A DNA stretch of 64,000 nt from Clostridia bacterium (GTDB lineage: Bacteria > Bacillota > Clostridia > UMGS1840), in contig JAFUIN010000009.1 in NCBI GenBank assembly GCA_017468465.1, positions 7,113 to 71,112 of the forward strand. Reading direction: 5' to 3'. The translations under genes and the position numbers were made by a program. Each line of letters begins with the position of its first letter. Position 1 is the first letter of the stretch. The notes below the pieces were generated by a model, which was not told where the DNA came from, searched no databases, and saw only the letters and a program-made list of their open reading frames with translations. Positions 37,556-49,332 of the stretch are shown one piece after another.

Positions 37556-38620
37556 ATGAAAGAATGCTATAAACTACGTCTGGAAAGGCTTCGCAGTCAG
37601 TTAAAAGAAGGTGAAGGCATTCTGGTTAGCGACCCGAAAAACGCTTTTTATTTTTCGGGCATCAATTCCTCCAATATTCACTTGTATGTTACCCATGAAA
37701 AAGCAGTGCTTCTGACCGATTTTCGCTATCAGCAGGCGGCAGAGGAAAACGAGGCAGGCTTTTCGGTTGTGGCAGACGGGTCCTTGATATCGAAATTAAA
37801 GGATTTGATGACAGAAGAAACAGTCTATATTGAACAAGCTTTTTTAACCGTTCATTTTTACAAAATGCTGTTGGACCACTTTCCAAAAAAAGAGTTTCCC
37901 AATGTGAAGAGCATGATTATGGACATTCGCTTGATTAAGGACGGCGGAGAGCTTGAAAAATTGAAAAAAGCTCAACAGATTGCCGACGCAGCCTATCTGG
38001 AAATGCTTTCGTTTGTAAAGGAAGGTGTTTCGGAGCAGGAGCTAAAGGCAGAGCTGGAATATCGCATGGCAAAGCGTGGTGCCCAAAAAACGTCTTTCGA
38101 CACCATTGTGCTGTTTGGCCCTCACGCTGCACTTCCTCATGGGGAACCCGCAGGACGTACCCTGTCCAAAGGGGATGCTATGCTGTTTGATTTTGGCTGT
38201 GTGTTTGAGGGCTATTGTTCGGATGTGACCCGAACCGTATTTTTTGGAGAGGTTTCCCCAAAAATGCAGCACGCCTACGAAACCGTGCTTACGGCACATC
38301 AGCTTGCCAGAGATTTCATCGGTGTGGGAAAGAGCTGTTCCGATGCAGATAGCATTGCCAGAGAGTATATCATAAAAAACGGCTATCCGGACGCATTCGG
38401 ACATAGCTTGGGTCATGGCGTGGGGGTGAAGGTGCACGAGCATCCCACCTTGGGCCAGTCCAGCACCGAGATATTTCAGAATGGAATGGTGTTTTCTGTG
38501 GAGCCGGGCATTTATTTACCCGGTGAATTCGGAATCCGGATTGAAGATACCTACTATCTGAATGAGGGAAATTTGATTTCTACCACAAAATTGGATAAAG
38601 AACTGATGATTATAGAATAA
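37556..38620 (+). CDS. M24 family Xaa-Pro aminopeptidase/dipeptidase
   Basis: Creatinase-like N-terminal domain and the M24 metal ligands (DFGCVFEGYCSDVTRT, HSLGHGVG, VEPGIY, RIED). Confidence 0.88.
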   Translation: MKECYKLRLERLRSQLKEGEGILVSDPKNAFYFSGINSSNIHLYVTHEKAVLLTDFRYQQAAEENEAGFSVVADGSLISKLKDLMTEETVYIEQAFLTVHFYKMLLDHFPKKEFPNVKSMIMDIRLIKDGGELEKLKKAQQIADAAYLEMLSFVKEGVSEQELKAELEYRMAKRGAQKTSFDTIVLFGPHAALPHGEPAGRTLSKGDAMLFDFGCVFEGYCSDVTRTVFFGEVSPKMQHAYETVLTAHQLARDFIGVGKSCSDADSIAREYIIKNGYPDAFGHSLGHGVGVKVHEHPTLGQSSTEIFQNGMVFSVEPGIYLPGEFGIRIEDTYYLNEGNLISTTKLDKELMIIE

Positions 38621-38659
38621 AAAAGGAGCTGTCTTGTTGCAAAAGACAGCTCCTTTTTT
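38621..38659. terminator. Bidirectional terminator
   Basis: Stem aaaaggagctgtctt / aagacagctcctttt lies between convergent genes. Confidence 0.8.
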
Positions 38660-38861
38660 ATTCTTCCCAATCGTCAGATTCCCTTTCTTTTTCTAAATCT
38701 TCCGGGTCGTCCGGCATACGCATATACATATCTTCAGTTTCCAGTTCTGCTTTGATTAGTTTTTTCACTATTTTTTCATATTTTGGCATGTTGTTGTACT
38801 CTTCGATAACGTCTGCAACTTTTGCAAATAAATGAAAATATAATCTTTTGTAATCTGCCAT
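38658..38861 (-). CDS. Acidic microprotein (67 aa), function unknown
   Basis: ATG at 38861 follows AAGGAGAAAGG. The sequence is MADYKRLYFHLFAKVADVIEEYNNMPKYEKIVKKLIKAELETEDMYMRMPDDPEDLEKERESDDWEE. The longer ORF to 38954 runs through a terminator hairpin. Confidence 0.55.
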   Translation of the reverse strand: MADYKRLYFHLFAKVADVIEEYNNMPKYEKIVKKLIKAELETEDMYMRMPDDPEDLEKERESDDWEE

Positions 38862-38890
38862 AGTTGTTTCCTTTCTCCTTCTGATAAAAT

Positions 38891-38920
38891 AAAAAAAGTG
38901 TGCCTCAATCAGAGACACAC
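38891..38920 (-). terminator. Leader terminator upstream of the acidic microprotein gene
   Basis: On the minus strand, stem gtgtgtc / ggcacac (one G-U pair) is followed by ttttttt. It ends 30 nt before the ATG. Confidence 0.5.
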
Positions 38921-38945
38921 CGAAAAAGTATCCTCCCTGATTGCT

Positions 38946-39043
38946 GCGACACAATCTTTATTCCACAACGGATATAAAAACAGAGAAAATACTTTTTACC
39001 AAAAGTATTTTCCGTTGCGGAAAAAATATTCAGATTATGTCGC
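38946..39043 (-). promoter_or_regulatory. Rod-like structured 5' leader (98 nt)
   Basis: Three coaxial stems: 38946-38957/39032-39043 (12 bp), 38963-38971/39012-39020 (9 bp) and 38987-38997/39001-39011 (11 bp). Confidence 0.45.
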
Positions 39044-39049
39044 ATATCC

Positions 39050-39078
39050 ATTATAACATTTTAAGCGTAGAATGTCAA
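39050..39078 (-). promoter_or_regulatory. Consensus sigma-A promoter driving the structured leader
   Basis: On the minus strand: TTGACA (39078-39073), 17-nt spacer, TATAAT (39055-39050). Confidence 0.7.
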
Positions 39079-39109
39079 TAAAAAAAGAAACTGTAAAAAT
39101 ACAGCTTCT
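39079..39109 (-). terminator. Terminator after the thioesterase gene
   Basis: On the minus strand, stem agaagctgt / acagtttct is followed by ttttttt. Confidence 0.55.
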
Positions 39110-39144
39110 TTTTGCGGAAATTACATTGTTGCGGGCTCGAAGAT

Positions 39145-39537
39145 TTAATCAAGCTTTTTTTTTGCATCGCATTTTGCCTGGAATTTTTCTTTCAGAACAG
39201 AAAATCTGGTGTGCGTTCCGTCAGCGATTTTTTCCGCTTCGTCATATGCTTCCAGGGAAAATTCAATTTTTCTGCCCTCTGTATTGGTAACAGTGGCAGA
39301 AACGGTGACCTTCATGCCCACAGGCGTTGCCGCCAGATGATTGAGGGAAAGATGTGTTCCTACGGTGGCACAGCCCTCGTCTAAATAGGGGATGCACAGC
39401 TCATGTGCCGCTTTTTCCAGCATTGCAGCAAGGTGCGGCGTCGCAAGGACACGCGCATTTCCGCTTTGGATTTGTAAAGCGGTGTGTGCTTCTTCTACCG
39501 TAAAGGTATATTCTTGTTTTGTTCCAACCGGAATCAT
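39145..39537 (-). CDS. Hotdog-fold thioesterase family protein
   Basis: 130 aa with a pattern typical of the fluoroacetyl-CoA thioesterase-like subgroup (VLATPHLAAMLEKAA...TVGTHLSLNHLAATPVG). Confidence 0.75.
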   Translation of the reverse strand: MIPVGTKQEYTFTVEEAHTALQIQSGNARVLATPHLAAMLEKAAHELCIPYLDEGCATVGTHLSLNHLAATPVGMKVTVSATVTNTEGRKIEFSLEAYDEAEKIADGTHTRFSVLKEKFQAKCDAKKKLD

Positions 39538-39549
39538 AAAAAAACCTCC

Positions 39550-41907
39550 TTATTTCATTTCACAAATGGTAACGCCAGCTTCACCCTCGCCAAAATTTCC
39601 CAACCGGAAGGCTTTCACCGACTTGTTTCGCTTCAGCAGTTGGTGAATCCCTGCCCGAAGGACACCGGTGCCTTTCCCGTGGATGATTACCACAGAGGGG
39701 ATGTTTGCAAGCACGGCATCATCAATGAATTTTTCGGTTACATATTCCGCTTCCTCTAAATTCATTCCTCTTAAATCCAATTCAGGACGGATTTCTTTGT
39801 TTCTGGCACTGGCATTCCGATAGGGATTGCGGTGCTCTTTTTGCTTGTGCCCCTCACAACGTGACAGGCGGGACAAATTGGTTTTGATGCGCATAATTCC
39901 GGCTAAAACGGTAAGATTTCCTTTGTCATCCGGCAAAACATCAATGGTAACAGGAGTGTCAAAATCGTCCATCATAACAGTCATTCCCACCGTCAGCTCT
40001 TTGGCGGTTAAGGGGTTTTCTTTTTTCTTTTCTTCGGTGCGAAGCTTGTTTGCCTGGTTCTGCCGTTCTTCTGCCAGTTTTTTTCTGGCATCGCCAACTG
40101 CTTTTGCACGGTCACGCTGATTTTTGGCTTCTTGATTCAGTTTTTGGATGATGGATTCCGCTTTTTCCCGTGCCTCGTCAATAATTTCTACCGCCTCGCG
40201 CCGTGCTTTTTCGATGATTTCGCGGTTTTTGGATAAGGCATCCTCTTTTTTGGAGGATAATTCCTGTTCTAACTGACGGATTTTTTCTTTGAGAAGCTCT
40301 GCTTCCTGCTGGTCTTTTTCTGCTTTGATGCGCTGTTCATCAATTACTGTCAGAACATCTTCAAAACGAATGGCATCCTGAGACAGCCTTTTTTCAGCGG
40401 CATCTAAAACTTCCTGAGAAAGCCCTAAACGCTTGGAAATGGCAAAGGCGTTACTTTTCCCGGGCATTCCCATAATCAGGCGATAGGTGGGCATCAGCGT
40501 TTCTACAGAGAACTCCAACGATGCGTTTTGCACGCCCGGCTGGGACAGTGCATACAGCTTCAGCTCGGGATAGTGGGTGGTAGCGGCAACCGTTGTGCCG
40601 CGTTTTCTTAAATATTCGATGATTTCAATGGCGAGAGCAGCGCCCTCGGTGGGGTCTGTTCCGGCACCTAATTCGTCAAATAATGCTAAACTGCCGAAGG
40701 TGGCATCGTTTAAGATGGAAACAATCTTTTTCATGTGTGAAGAAAAGGTAGAAAGAGATTGCTCAATGCTTTGTTCATCACCGATATCGGCAAAAATATG
40801 CTCGAACACCGCAACCTGACTTCCGGAAAATACAGGAATTGCAAAGCCTGATTGTGCCATCAGTGTCAGAAGCCCCAGGGTTTTCAAGGAAACTGTTTTC
40901 CCCCCTGTGTTGGGCCCGGTGATGACCAGGGTATCGCAGCCGTCACCTAAGCCGATATCAATGGGGACAGCAGTTTCGGGATTCAAAAGGGGATGTCTTG
41001 CTTTTTTTAAGAAAATCTGACCGTTTTCGTTAAGCAGGGGGATTTCTCCTTTTACAGAGCGGCTGTATTTTGCCTTTGCAAAAATGAAATCCAGCTCCAA
41101 AATCAAGCGGTAGGAAACTTCTGCCTCTTCCCAGATGCCGGATGCCTGACCGCTTAAATAAATGAGGATTTTCGCAATTTCCTCTTTTTCTTTGGACTCC
41201 AGCTCCCGAAGCTCGTTGTTTAAGGTCACAATCGCCATGGGTTCTATGAATACGGTGGCACCCGAGTCGGAGGAATCGTGGACAAGACCGGGAATTTCTC
41301 CCTTGTGTTCCTGCTTTACGGGCAATACAAAACGGTCGTTTCGCAAGGTGACTGTGGCGTTTTGCAAAAACTTTTTGTAGGTTGGGGAGTTGGTGTATTT
41401 TTGCAGGGTTTCCTTAATTTTGTTGTTCAAAGAAATTTTTTTCCGACGGATTTTATACAGCTCGTCACTGGCATTGTCCGACACTTCATCCTCGGAAATG
41501 ATTTTCATAAAAATTTCTTCTTCCAGGCGTTTTTGCTGAATCAAACGATATTCATAATCAGAAAATACAGGTGTTTTATTTTCTCCAAAATATTCTTTTA
41601 AGCTTCGTGATGATTTCAGAAGCGTTGCAAAGGAAAGCAGCTCTTTTTGCGATAAGCTTCCGCCAATGGACAGTCGTTTCAAAATGCTTTCCATATCTCC
41701 AAAGTTATATATGGGTGGGCTTCCTGCTTTGGTGAGAAGTTCCATTGCACCTTCGGTTTGTGTAAGCAGCTGCTTCACGGCAGAGAGAGTGGTTTCGTGA
41801 GTGAGACAGCAGAGGGCTTCCTTTGTTTTCGGAAGCAGTGCATAGTCGGCAGCACGAGCGAGAATTTTATGAAATTCCAGAGTTTGATACACAATGTTTT
41901 GCTCCAT
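39550..41907 (-). CDS. mutS2: Endonuclease MutS2 (MutS domain V plus Smr)
   Basis: 785 aa with Walker A GPNTGGKT, a long coiled-coil, and a C-terminal Smr domain (LDLRGMNLEEA...IIHGKGTGVLR). Confidence 0.95.
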   Translation of the reverse strand: MEQNIVYQTLEFHKILARAADYALLPKTKEALCCLTHETTLSAVKQLLTQTEGAMELLTKAGSPPIYNFGDMESILKRLSIGGSLSQKELLSFATLLKSSRSLKEYFGENKTPVFSDYEYRLIQQKRLEEEIFMKIISEDEVSDNASDELYKIRRKKISLNNKIKETLQKYTNSPTYKKFLQNATVTLRNDRFVLPVKQEHKGEIPGLVHDSSDSGATVFIEPMAIVTLNNELRELESKEKEEIAKILIYLSGQASGIWEEAEVSYRLILELDFIFAKAKYSRSVKGEIPLLNENGQIFLKKARHPLLNPETAVPIDIGLGDGCDTLVITGPNTGGKTVSLKTLGLLTLMAQSGFAIPVFSGSQVAVFEHIFADIGDEQSIEQSLSTFSSHMKKIVSILNDATFGSLALFDELGAGTDPTEGAALAIEIIEYLRKRGTTVAATTHYPELKLYALSQPGVQNASLEFSVETLMPTYRLIMGMPGKSNAFAISKRLGLSQEVLDAAEKRLSQDAIRFEDVLTVIDEQRIKAEKDQQEAELLKEKIRQLEQELSSKKEDALSKNREIIEKARREAVEIIDEAREKAESIIQKLNQEAKNQRDRAKAVGDARKKLAEERQNQANKLRTEEKKKENPLTAKELTVGMTVMMDDFDTPVTIDVLPDDKGNLTVLAGIMRIKTNLSRLSRCEGHKQKEHRNPYRNASARNKEIRPELDLRGMNLEEAEYVTEKFIDDAVLANIPSVVIIHGKGTGVLRAGIHQLLKRNKSVKAFRLGNFGEGEAGVTICEMK

Positions 41908-41930
41908 GGCGGTTCACCTCCTTGCGTGAA

Positions 41931-42878
41931 TTACTTAAAATAGGGGAAATGCTTCGGTTCTACAGAGGAATCCAGACGTTTGAACTGATAGCCGGCTTCT
42001 TTCATAAAACGGATATATTCGGTTACTGTGGTTGCAATGTGGGGATTTTTTTTCGTATCGTGAAGCAGCGCAATAATGCGGGATTTGTTTTGAGATTGAC
42101 CGAGAAGCTCCTGCAGCTGTTCTTCAGGATGCTCCACTCCTGCAGCATCCTCCGAGGTAACATTCCAGTCATAATACACAAAGCCGCGTCCTTCCATTTC
42201 GGCAATCAGCTCCCGATACAAATGGGTGTTATAGGAATTGACGCTTCCGCCGGGAAAACGGAAAATGCGGGGGCGGTATCCGGTGGCATCCCACACAGCA
42301 TAATACTGACGGCAAAAATCGGCTAAAAAGGCATCTTTATTCCAATACAGATAGTGATAATCGTGGGTATATGTATGAACACCAATGGTGTGTCCTTCTG
42401 CTAAAATCCGCTTGAGAATTTCCCGTTTTTGCGGGGTGTCTCCCATCACAAAAAAGGTTGCGGGAACCTGCTCCTGATAGAGCGCATCCAACAGGCTTTC
42501 TGTTACGGCAGAGGGACCGTCGTCAAAGGTTAAATAGACCGTTTTTTCTTCGGGTGGAAGAAAAATCTGCCCGGGATTGTCCCCGTAAAGCTCGGGATAC
42601 GGGTCAGACGGCATCACTGTTTCCGACAGGGGCTTTGGCTCCGGTGTGGGCACAATGGGAACAGGGGTTGGTGTGGGCGTGAGGGTTGGTATGGGCGATA
42701 CTGTTGCTGTGGGAACAGCCTCTGCCACCACAATGTCCACAGGCTCACTTACCGGCATTTTTACAGGCTTTTTCTCGGGGATAAACGCCTCCATTGTAAC
42801 CAGAAAACAAATGCAAAGAATCAGGATTCCCCCGATAAGCAGGCTGCCTGGGGAATTATTTTTCTTGTGGTTTTGCAT
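41931..42878 (-). CDS. Polysaccharide deacetylase (NodB homology) with a TM anchor and Pro/Thr-rich linker
   Basis: NodB motifs TFDDGP and HTYTHDY, an N-terminal TM segment, and the linker PTATVSPIPTLTPTPTPVPIVPTPEPKP. Confidence 0.85.
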   Translation of the reverse strand: MQNHKKNNSPGSLLIGGILILCICFLVTMEAFIPEKKPVKMPVSEPVDIVVAEAVPTATVSPIPTLTPTPTPVPIVPTPEPKPLSETVMPSDPYPELYGDNPGQIFLPPEEKTVYLTFDDGPSAVTESLLDALYQEQVPATFFVMGDTPQKREILKRILAEGHTIGVHTYTHDYHYLYWNKDAFLADFCRQYYAVWDATGYRPRIFRFPGGSVNSYNTHLYRELIAEMEGRGFVYYDWNVTSEDAAGVEHPEEQLQELLGQSQNKSRIIALLHDTKKNPHIATTVTEYIRFMKEAGYQFKRLDSSVEPKHFPYFK

Positions 42879-43069
42879 TGTGGGGGACTCCTTTCTGTGA
42901 TTTTAGGAATTCTCTTTTTTCGGGAGAATATTAACAGTATACTACACAAATGAAAAATTATCAATATCTTTTTTGTTTTTCTTTTCTTTTCTGCACCAAT
43001 TACAAACTGCTTCATAAAATGAAATTACCTGCAAACGTGCATTTTGGTTCAGTTTTAAGGGGGAGTTAT

Positions 43070-43420
43070 ATGGGTGCGTTGTTTTTTTACGGACTACTTA
43101 CATTTTTTTCGGCATACGGCGTGTTTTCATTCTTCTATTTTCTGTCGGACTTTCTGTCTGAGAAAAAACATCTTCAGAATAAATGTCTGTATTCTGTTTT
43201 GTTTGTCAAGGATGAGGCGTGCCGTGCAGAACAGATGGTAAAATCGTTGCTGTTCAAGGTTTTTAAGAATGACACCGGGCTTTGTGAGCGGAAGGTGATT
43301 GTGGTGGATCAGGGAAGCTCGGATGCGACCTATGACACACTTTCTGCCATTTTTGAAAAGGAACGCAATGTACTTGTTTTTCACAGGGATGAATTTTGTG
43401 AAAAACTTGAAAATTTATAG
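43070..43420 (+). CDS. Small membrane protein with a GT2-like N-terminal fragment
   Basis: ATG follows AAGGGGGAG. It has one TM helix and then a motif, KVIVVDQGSSDATYDTL, resembling the GT2 DxD-region start. At 116 aa it is too short for a full GT2. Confidence 0.45.
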   Translation: MGALFFYGLLTFFSAYGVFSFFYFLSDFLSEKKHLQNKCLYSVLFVKDEACRAEQMVKSLLFKVFKNDTGLCERKVIVVDQGSSDATYDTLSAIFEKERNVLVFHRDEFCEKLENL

Positions 43421-43439
43421 ATTTTTTTACCATTTTCTC

Positions 43440-43468
43440 TTTACAATACACCTATTTTGTGCTATAAT
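43440..43468 (+). promoter_or_regulatory. Candidate sigma-A promoter of remB-gyrB-gyrA
   Basis: TTTACA (43440-43445), 17-nt spacer, TGcTATAAT (43460-43468). Confidence 0.55.
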
Positions 43469-43554
43469 ATTATAGGTGTATTGTTTTTATATTTTTCATT
43501 TTTCCCGTAGGGAAAAATGAAAGGTGTGAAAAAACAGAAAAAAGGGGTGGTATT

Positions 43555-43809
43555 TTGTATCTTCATATCGGCAACGATTTTGTCTTAAACGAGCAGGATA
43601 TTATCGGCGTGTTCGATTTTGACCATATTTCAGAATCCCCTGCCACCATGGAATATCTTAAAAATTTAGAAAAAGACAACCGGCTCATTGCTGTTTCAGA
43701 GGAGTTGCCAAAGGCATTCGTTCTGGCAGTTACAGAGGGCATGGAGGTTGGGTATCTTTCCCCTCTCGCTGCCCGCACCATTCAAAACCGTAAGGGCCTT
43801 AGTTTTTAG
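43555..43809 (+). CDS. remB: DUF370 protein (RemB/YaaB-like)
   Basis: TTG start after AAGGGGTGG. The N-terminus YLHIGNDFVLNEQDIIGVFD is typical of DUF370. It lies immediately upstream of gyrB, as in other Firmicutes. Confidence 0.75.
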   Translation: MYLHIGNDFVLNEQDIIGVFDFDHISESPATMEYLKNLEKDNRLIAVSEELPKAFVLAVTEGMEVGYLSPLAARTIQNRKGLSF

Positions 43810-43855
43810 AATATCAATTTTATTTTGTAACGAATAGTCCCATAAGAAAGGATGA

Positions 43856-45784
<1,929 letters not shown>

Positions 45785-45825
45785 TGTTGGTGTCTCACTC
45801 CATCGAAAGAAAGGAAGAATGATTT

Positions 45826-48306
45826 ATGGATACTCAAATGTTTGAAAATGAACATATTGTTCCGGTTGACCTGGTCCATGAGATGAAATCTGCCTATCTG
45901 GCATATTCCATGTCGGTTATCGTGTCCAGAGCCTTGCCCGATGTCAGAGACGGCTTGAAACCGGTTCACAGAAGAATTTTATATACGATGCACGAAGATG
46001 GGTTAACGCCCGATAAAGCTTACCGTAAATGTGCCACCACCGTTGGTGACGTGCTGGGGCGTTATCATCCCCACGGTGATGCTTCTGTATATGATGCTTT
46101 GGTTCGTCTGGCGCAGGATTTTTCGCTTCGTTATCCGTTGGTTGACGGTCAGGGGAACTTTGGTTCTATCGACGGCGACCCGGCTGCTGCTTACCGTTAC
46201 ACTGAGGCAAGAATGGCTCGTCTGGCGCAGCTGATGCTCAAGGAAATCGACAAAGAAACCGTCGATTTTGCCCCCAACTTTGATGAACGCTTAAAAGAAC
46301 CCACTGTGTTACCCTCCCGTTTTCCCAATTTGCTGGTAAACGGATCTGCAGGGATTGCGGTTGGGATGGCAACCAACATTCCGCCTCACAATTTAACCGA
46401 ATGTATTGATGCCATTTGTGCCACCATTGATAACCCCGAAATTACCATCGAAGAAATTATGGAATATATCAAGGGGCCCGATTTTCCCACAGCCGGCAAC
46501 ATTATGGGCAAAAGCGGCATCCGTTCTTATTTCAACACCGGCCGCGGCAAGGTAATTGTTCGTGCCCAGGCAGAAATTGAAGACGACGGCAACCGCCAGC
46601 GCATTATCGTTACCGAGCTTCCGTATCAGGTAAACAAAGCAAAGCTCATTGAAAAAATCGCAGAGCTGGTGCACGAAAAACGGTTGGAAGGCATTGCCGA
46701 CCTGCGTGACGAGTCCGACAAGGATGTGGGTGTGCGCATTGTGATTGAAGTGAAGAAAGATGCGGCAGCAAACATTGTGCTGAACAATCTGTATAAATAT
46801 ACCCAGATGCAAGACACCTTCGGCGTAATTATGCTGGCTCTTGTGGACGGTCAGCCGAAGGTTCTGAACATTCGTGAAGTGCTGGATTGTTACATCGATC
46901 ATCAAAAAGATATCATTATCCGCCGCACCATTTATGACAAACGAAAAGCTGAAGCAAGAGCCCACATTCTGGAAGGTTTGAAGAAGGCGCTGGATCATAT
47001 CGACGAAGTCATTGCCACCATCCGCGCATCCTACAACAACGCGAAAGAAAACCTGGTAGAAACATTCGGCTTTACGGAAATTCAGGCACAGGCGATTCTG
47101 GATATGAGACTCCAGAAATTGCAGGGCTTGGAAAAAGAAAAAATCGAAAATGAGCTGGATGAAATTATCAAGCAAATTGCATACTATGCTGAAATTTTAG
47201 CATCTGAACAGATGGTTTTGGATATCATCAAAACCGAGCTTTCTGAAATCAAAGATAAATACGGTGACCAAAGACGCACCAAAATTACCTTTGACTATTC
47301 ACAGATTGACGATGAAGATTTAATCGAAGAAGAAGATGTTGCCATTTCATTAACCCATTTGGGTTATGTAAAGCGTCAGCCTACCGACACCTTCAAAAGC
47401 CAGCACAGAGGGGGCAGAGGCATTGCCGGTCTGTCCACCAGAGAAGAAGATTTTGTGGAAGAACTGTTTGTTACTTCTACCCACAATTACATTCTCTTCT
47501 TCACCAATAAGGGAAGAGTGTTCAAATTAAAAGCATATCAGATTCCCGAAGCGTCCCGTACTGCGAAAGGAACTGCCATTGTCAACCTGCTCAATTTAGA
47601 GCCGGGTGAATCGATTTCTGCCACCATTCCCATGAAAGGCTTTGAAGAAGATAAATATTTGGTGATGACCACCAAAAACGGGGTCATCAAGAAAACCGAG
47701 CTGATGGAATATGACACCAACCGTTCCGGCGGACTTCGTGCCATTGCATTGGATGATGACGATGAACTGATGCAGGTGAAAATCGTCACCGATGAGGAAG
47801 AAGTGGTTCTGACTACCTATCTGGGCATGTCCATCCGCTTCCGTATCAGTGATATCCGAAGCCAGGGCAGAGTGACCCGAGGGGTTCGCGGCATCAAGCT
47901 GAAAGCAAACGACAGATTGGTTGGTATGAGCGTGGTTCACGACGATACCGAGCTTCTGATTGTTTCGGAAAACGGCTTGGGCAAGCGTACCTCCTATGCG
48001 GAATATAAAGTGCAAAACCGTGGCGGTATGGGGGTTAAAACCTATAAAATTACCGAAAAAACCGGTAATGTTGCCGGGGTTCGCTCTGTAAAAGACGGCG
48101 ATGACGTTATGATTATTACTTCTGCCGGGGTTATCATTCGCCTGCGGGCTGAAGATATCAATACTGTGGGCAGAAATACCCAGGGTGTCATCCTGATGCG
48201 TCCCGATCCGGATGTAAAAGTAGTGTCTGTTACCAGAGCTCCTCGTGAAGAAGAGGAAGCTGTGGAAGAAACAGCGGAAGAAACCGCTACATCCAACGAA
48301 GAATAA
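45826..48306 (+). CDS. gyrA: DNA gyrase subunit A
   Basis: 826 aa with the active-site region [11 protein letters not shown] and the QRDR-like [17 protein letters not shown]. An acidic tail follows. Confidence 0.98.
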   Translation: MDTQMFENEHIVPVDLVHEMKSAYLAYSMSVIVSRALPDVRDGLKPVHRRILYTMHEDGLTPDKAYRKCATTVGDVLGRYHPHGDASVYDALVRLAQDFSLRYPLVDGQGNFGSIDGDPAAAYRYTEARMARLAQLMLKEIDKETVDFAPNFDERLKEPTVLPSRFPNLLVNGSAGIAVGMATNIPPHNLTECIDAICATIDNPEITIEEIMEYIKGPDFPTAGNIMGKSGIRSYFNTGRGKVIVRAQAEIEDDGNRQRIIVTELPYQVNKAKLIEKIAELVHEKRLEGIADLRDESDKDVGVRIVIEVKKDAAANIVLNNLYKYTQMQDTFGVIMLALVDGQPKVLNIREVLDCYIDHQKDIIIRRTIYDKRKAEARAHILEGLKKALDHIDEVIATIRASYNNAKENLVETFGFTEIQAQAILDMRLQKLQGLEKEKIENELDEIIKQIAYYAEILASEQMVLDIIKTELSEIKDKYGDQRRTKITFDYSQIDDEDLIEEEDVAISLTHLGYVKRQPTDTFKSQHRGGRGIAGLSTREEDFVEELFVTSTHNYILFFTNKGRVFKLKAYQIPEASRTAKGTAIVNLLNLEPGESISATIPMKGFEEDKYLVMTTKNGVIKKTELMEYDTNRSGGLRAIALDDDDELMQVKIVTDEEEVVLTTYLGMSIRFRISDIRSQGRVTRGVRGIKLKANDRLVGMSVVHDDTELLIVSENGLGKRTSYAEYKVQNRGGMGVKTYKITEKTGNVAGVRSVKDGDDVMIITSAGVIIRLRAEDINTVGRNTQGVILMRPDPDVKVVSVTRAPREEEEAVEETAEETATSNEE

Positions 48307-48319
48307 ATAGAAAAAAGGA

Positions 48320-48350
48320 GTTGTCCGACCAAAACGGGCAACCCCTTTTT
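48320..48350 (+). terminator. Hairpin after gyrA
   Basis: Stem gttgtccg / cgggcaac (one G-U pair) is followed by cccttttt. Confidence 0.5.
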
Positions 48351-48374
48351 CCGCATTTAGAAAAGGATAGAAAT

Positions 48375-49265
48375 ATGGAATATTTTGAACTGAAAATTGA
48401 ATGTGAGCCTGGAAAAACCGAGGAAGCAGAAAACTATCTGGTGATTCACGATGTCTATAATTATTTTGTTACAGACCCCAAGCTGGAAGCGGATATTATG
48501 GCAGAGATGCCCTGGCTCTTAAAAGATGAGCGGGATGTGGGAAATGCCTTTATCACCGTATGTTTGGAAACTGCTGCTGAAACAGAAGAATTGTTTTCTC
48601 TCTTACAGGAAAACGGTTTTTCGGTGTCTGTCCGTGGGGCAACCGATTCCGAATGGAAAGACAACTGGAAACAGTTTGCCAAAATTGTAAAAATCACCGA
48701 TACGCTGGTGGTAAAACCCGCTTGGTTAGAGTACGAACCGAAGATTGGGGAAAAGGTTCTGGAGTTAGACAGCGGTGCAGCATTTGGCACCGGAACTCAC
48801 GAAACCACACAGGCCTGTGCAAAGCTGATTTGCAAGTATAAAAAAGAACACACAAAAATGCTGGATATCGGCACCGGAAGCGGCATTTTAGCCATCATTG
48901 GCGGAATGCTGGGTGCCAAAGACATTGTGGCAACCGATATTGACTCCGTTGCCGTGGAAACTGCAAAAATCAACATTGAAAAAAATGGATATTCTTCCAT
49001 TTGCGATGTACGATGCGGTGACCTTCTGGACTGTGTGGGAGACGAGAAATTCGACCTGATTACAGCAAATATTATCGTAGACGTGTTGCTCATTTTGTTA
49101 AAAGATGTCAAGCAATTCTTAAATCCGGACGGGATTCTCATTTTGTCGGGCATTTTAGAGGAACGCTGTCACGAAATTTTAGATGCCGCTCAGGCACAAG
49201 GGCTTCAGTTGGTTGAAAAAACCGTGGAAAATGACTGGTGCGGACTGGCGTTTCGTATTGCTTAA
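48375..49265 (+). CDS. prmA: Ribosomal protein L11 methyltransferase
   Basis: Start MEYFELKI. The sequence FGTGTHETTQACAKL...LDIGTGSGILAI...ATDIDSVAVETAKINIEKNG matches PrmA. Confidence 0.85.
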   Translation: MEYFELKIECEPGKTEEAENYLVIHDVYNYFVTDPKLEADIMAEMPWLLKDERDVGNAFITVCLETAAETEELFSLLQENGFSVSVRGATDSEWKDNWKQFAKIVKITDTLVVKPAWLEYEPKIGEKVLELDSGAAFGTGTHETTQACAKLICKYKKEHTKMLDIGTGSGILAIIGGMLGAKDIVATDIDSVAVETAKINIEKNGYSSICDVRCGDLLDCVGDEKFDLITANIIVDVLLILLKDVKQFLNPDGILILSGILEERCHEILDAAQAQGLQLVEKTVENDWCGLAFRIA

Positions 49266-49332
49266 ACAGACCGATTTTCCCCCAGGTGAGACACGTTGCT
49301 CTTGTTTTGGAACAGAAAAGGAATCGTTACCT

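Noticed and set aside
46393-47175. Long antisense ORFs inside gyrA (260 aa) and inside the GT-C gene (52519-53253, 53410-54153), mutS2, groEL and others
   Set aside because: They lie opposite strongly recognisable conserved genes. They have no RBS, and their composition is biased (His/Phe/Cys/Asn-rich) in the way typical of antisense frames.
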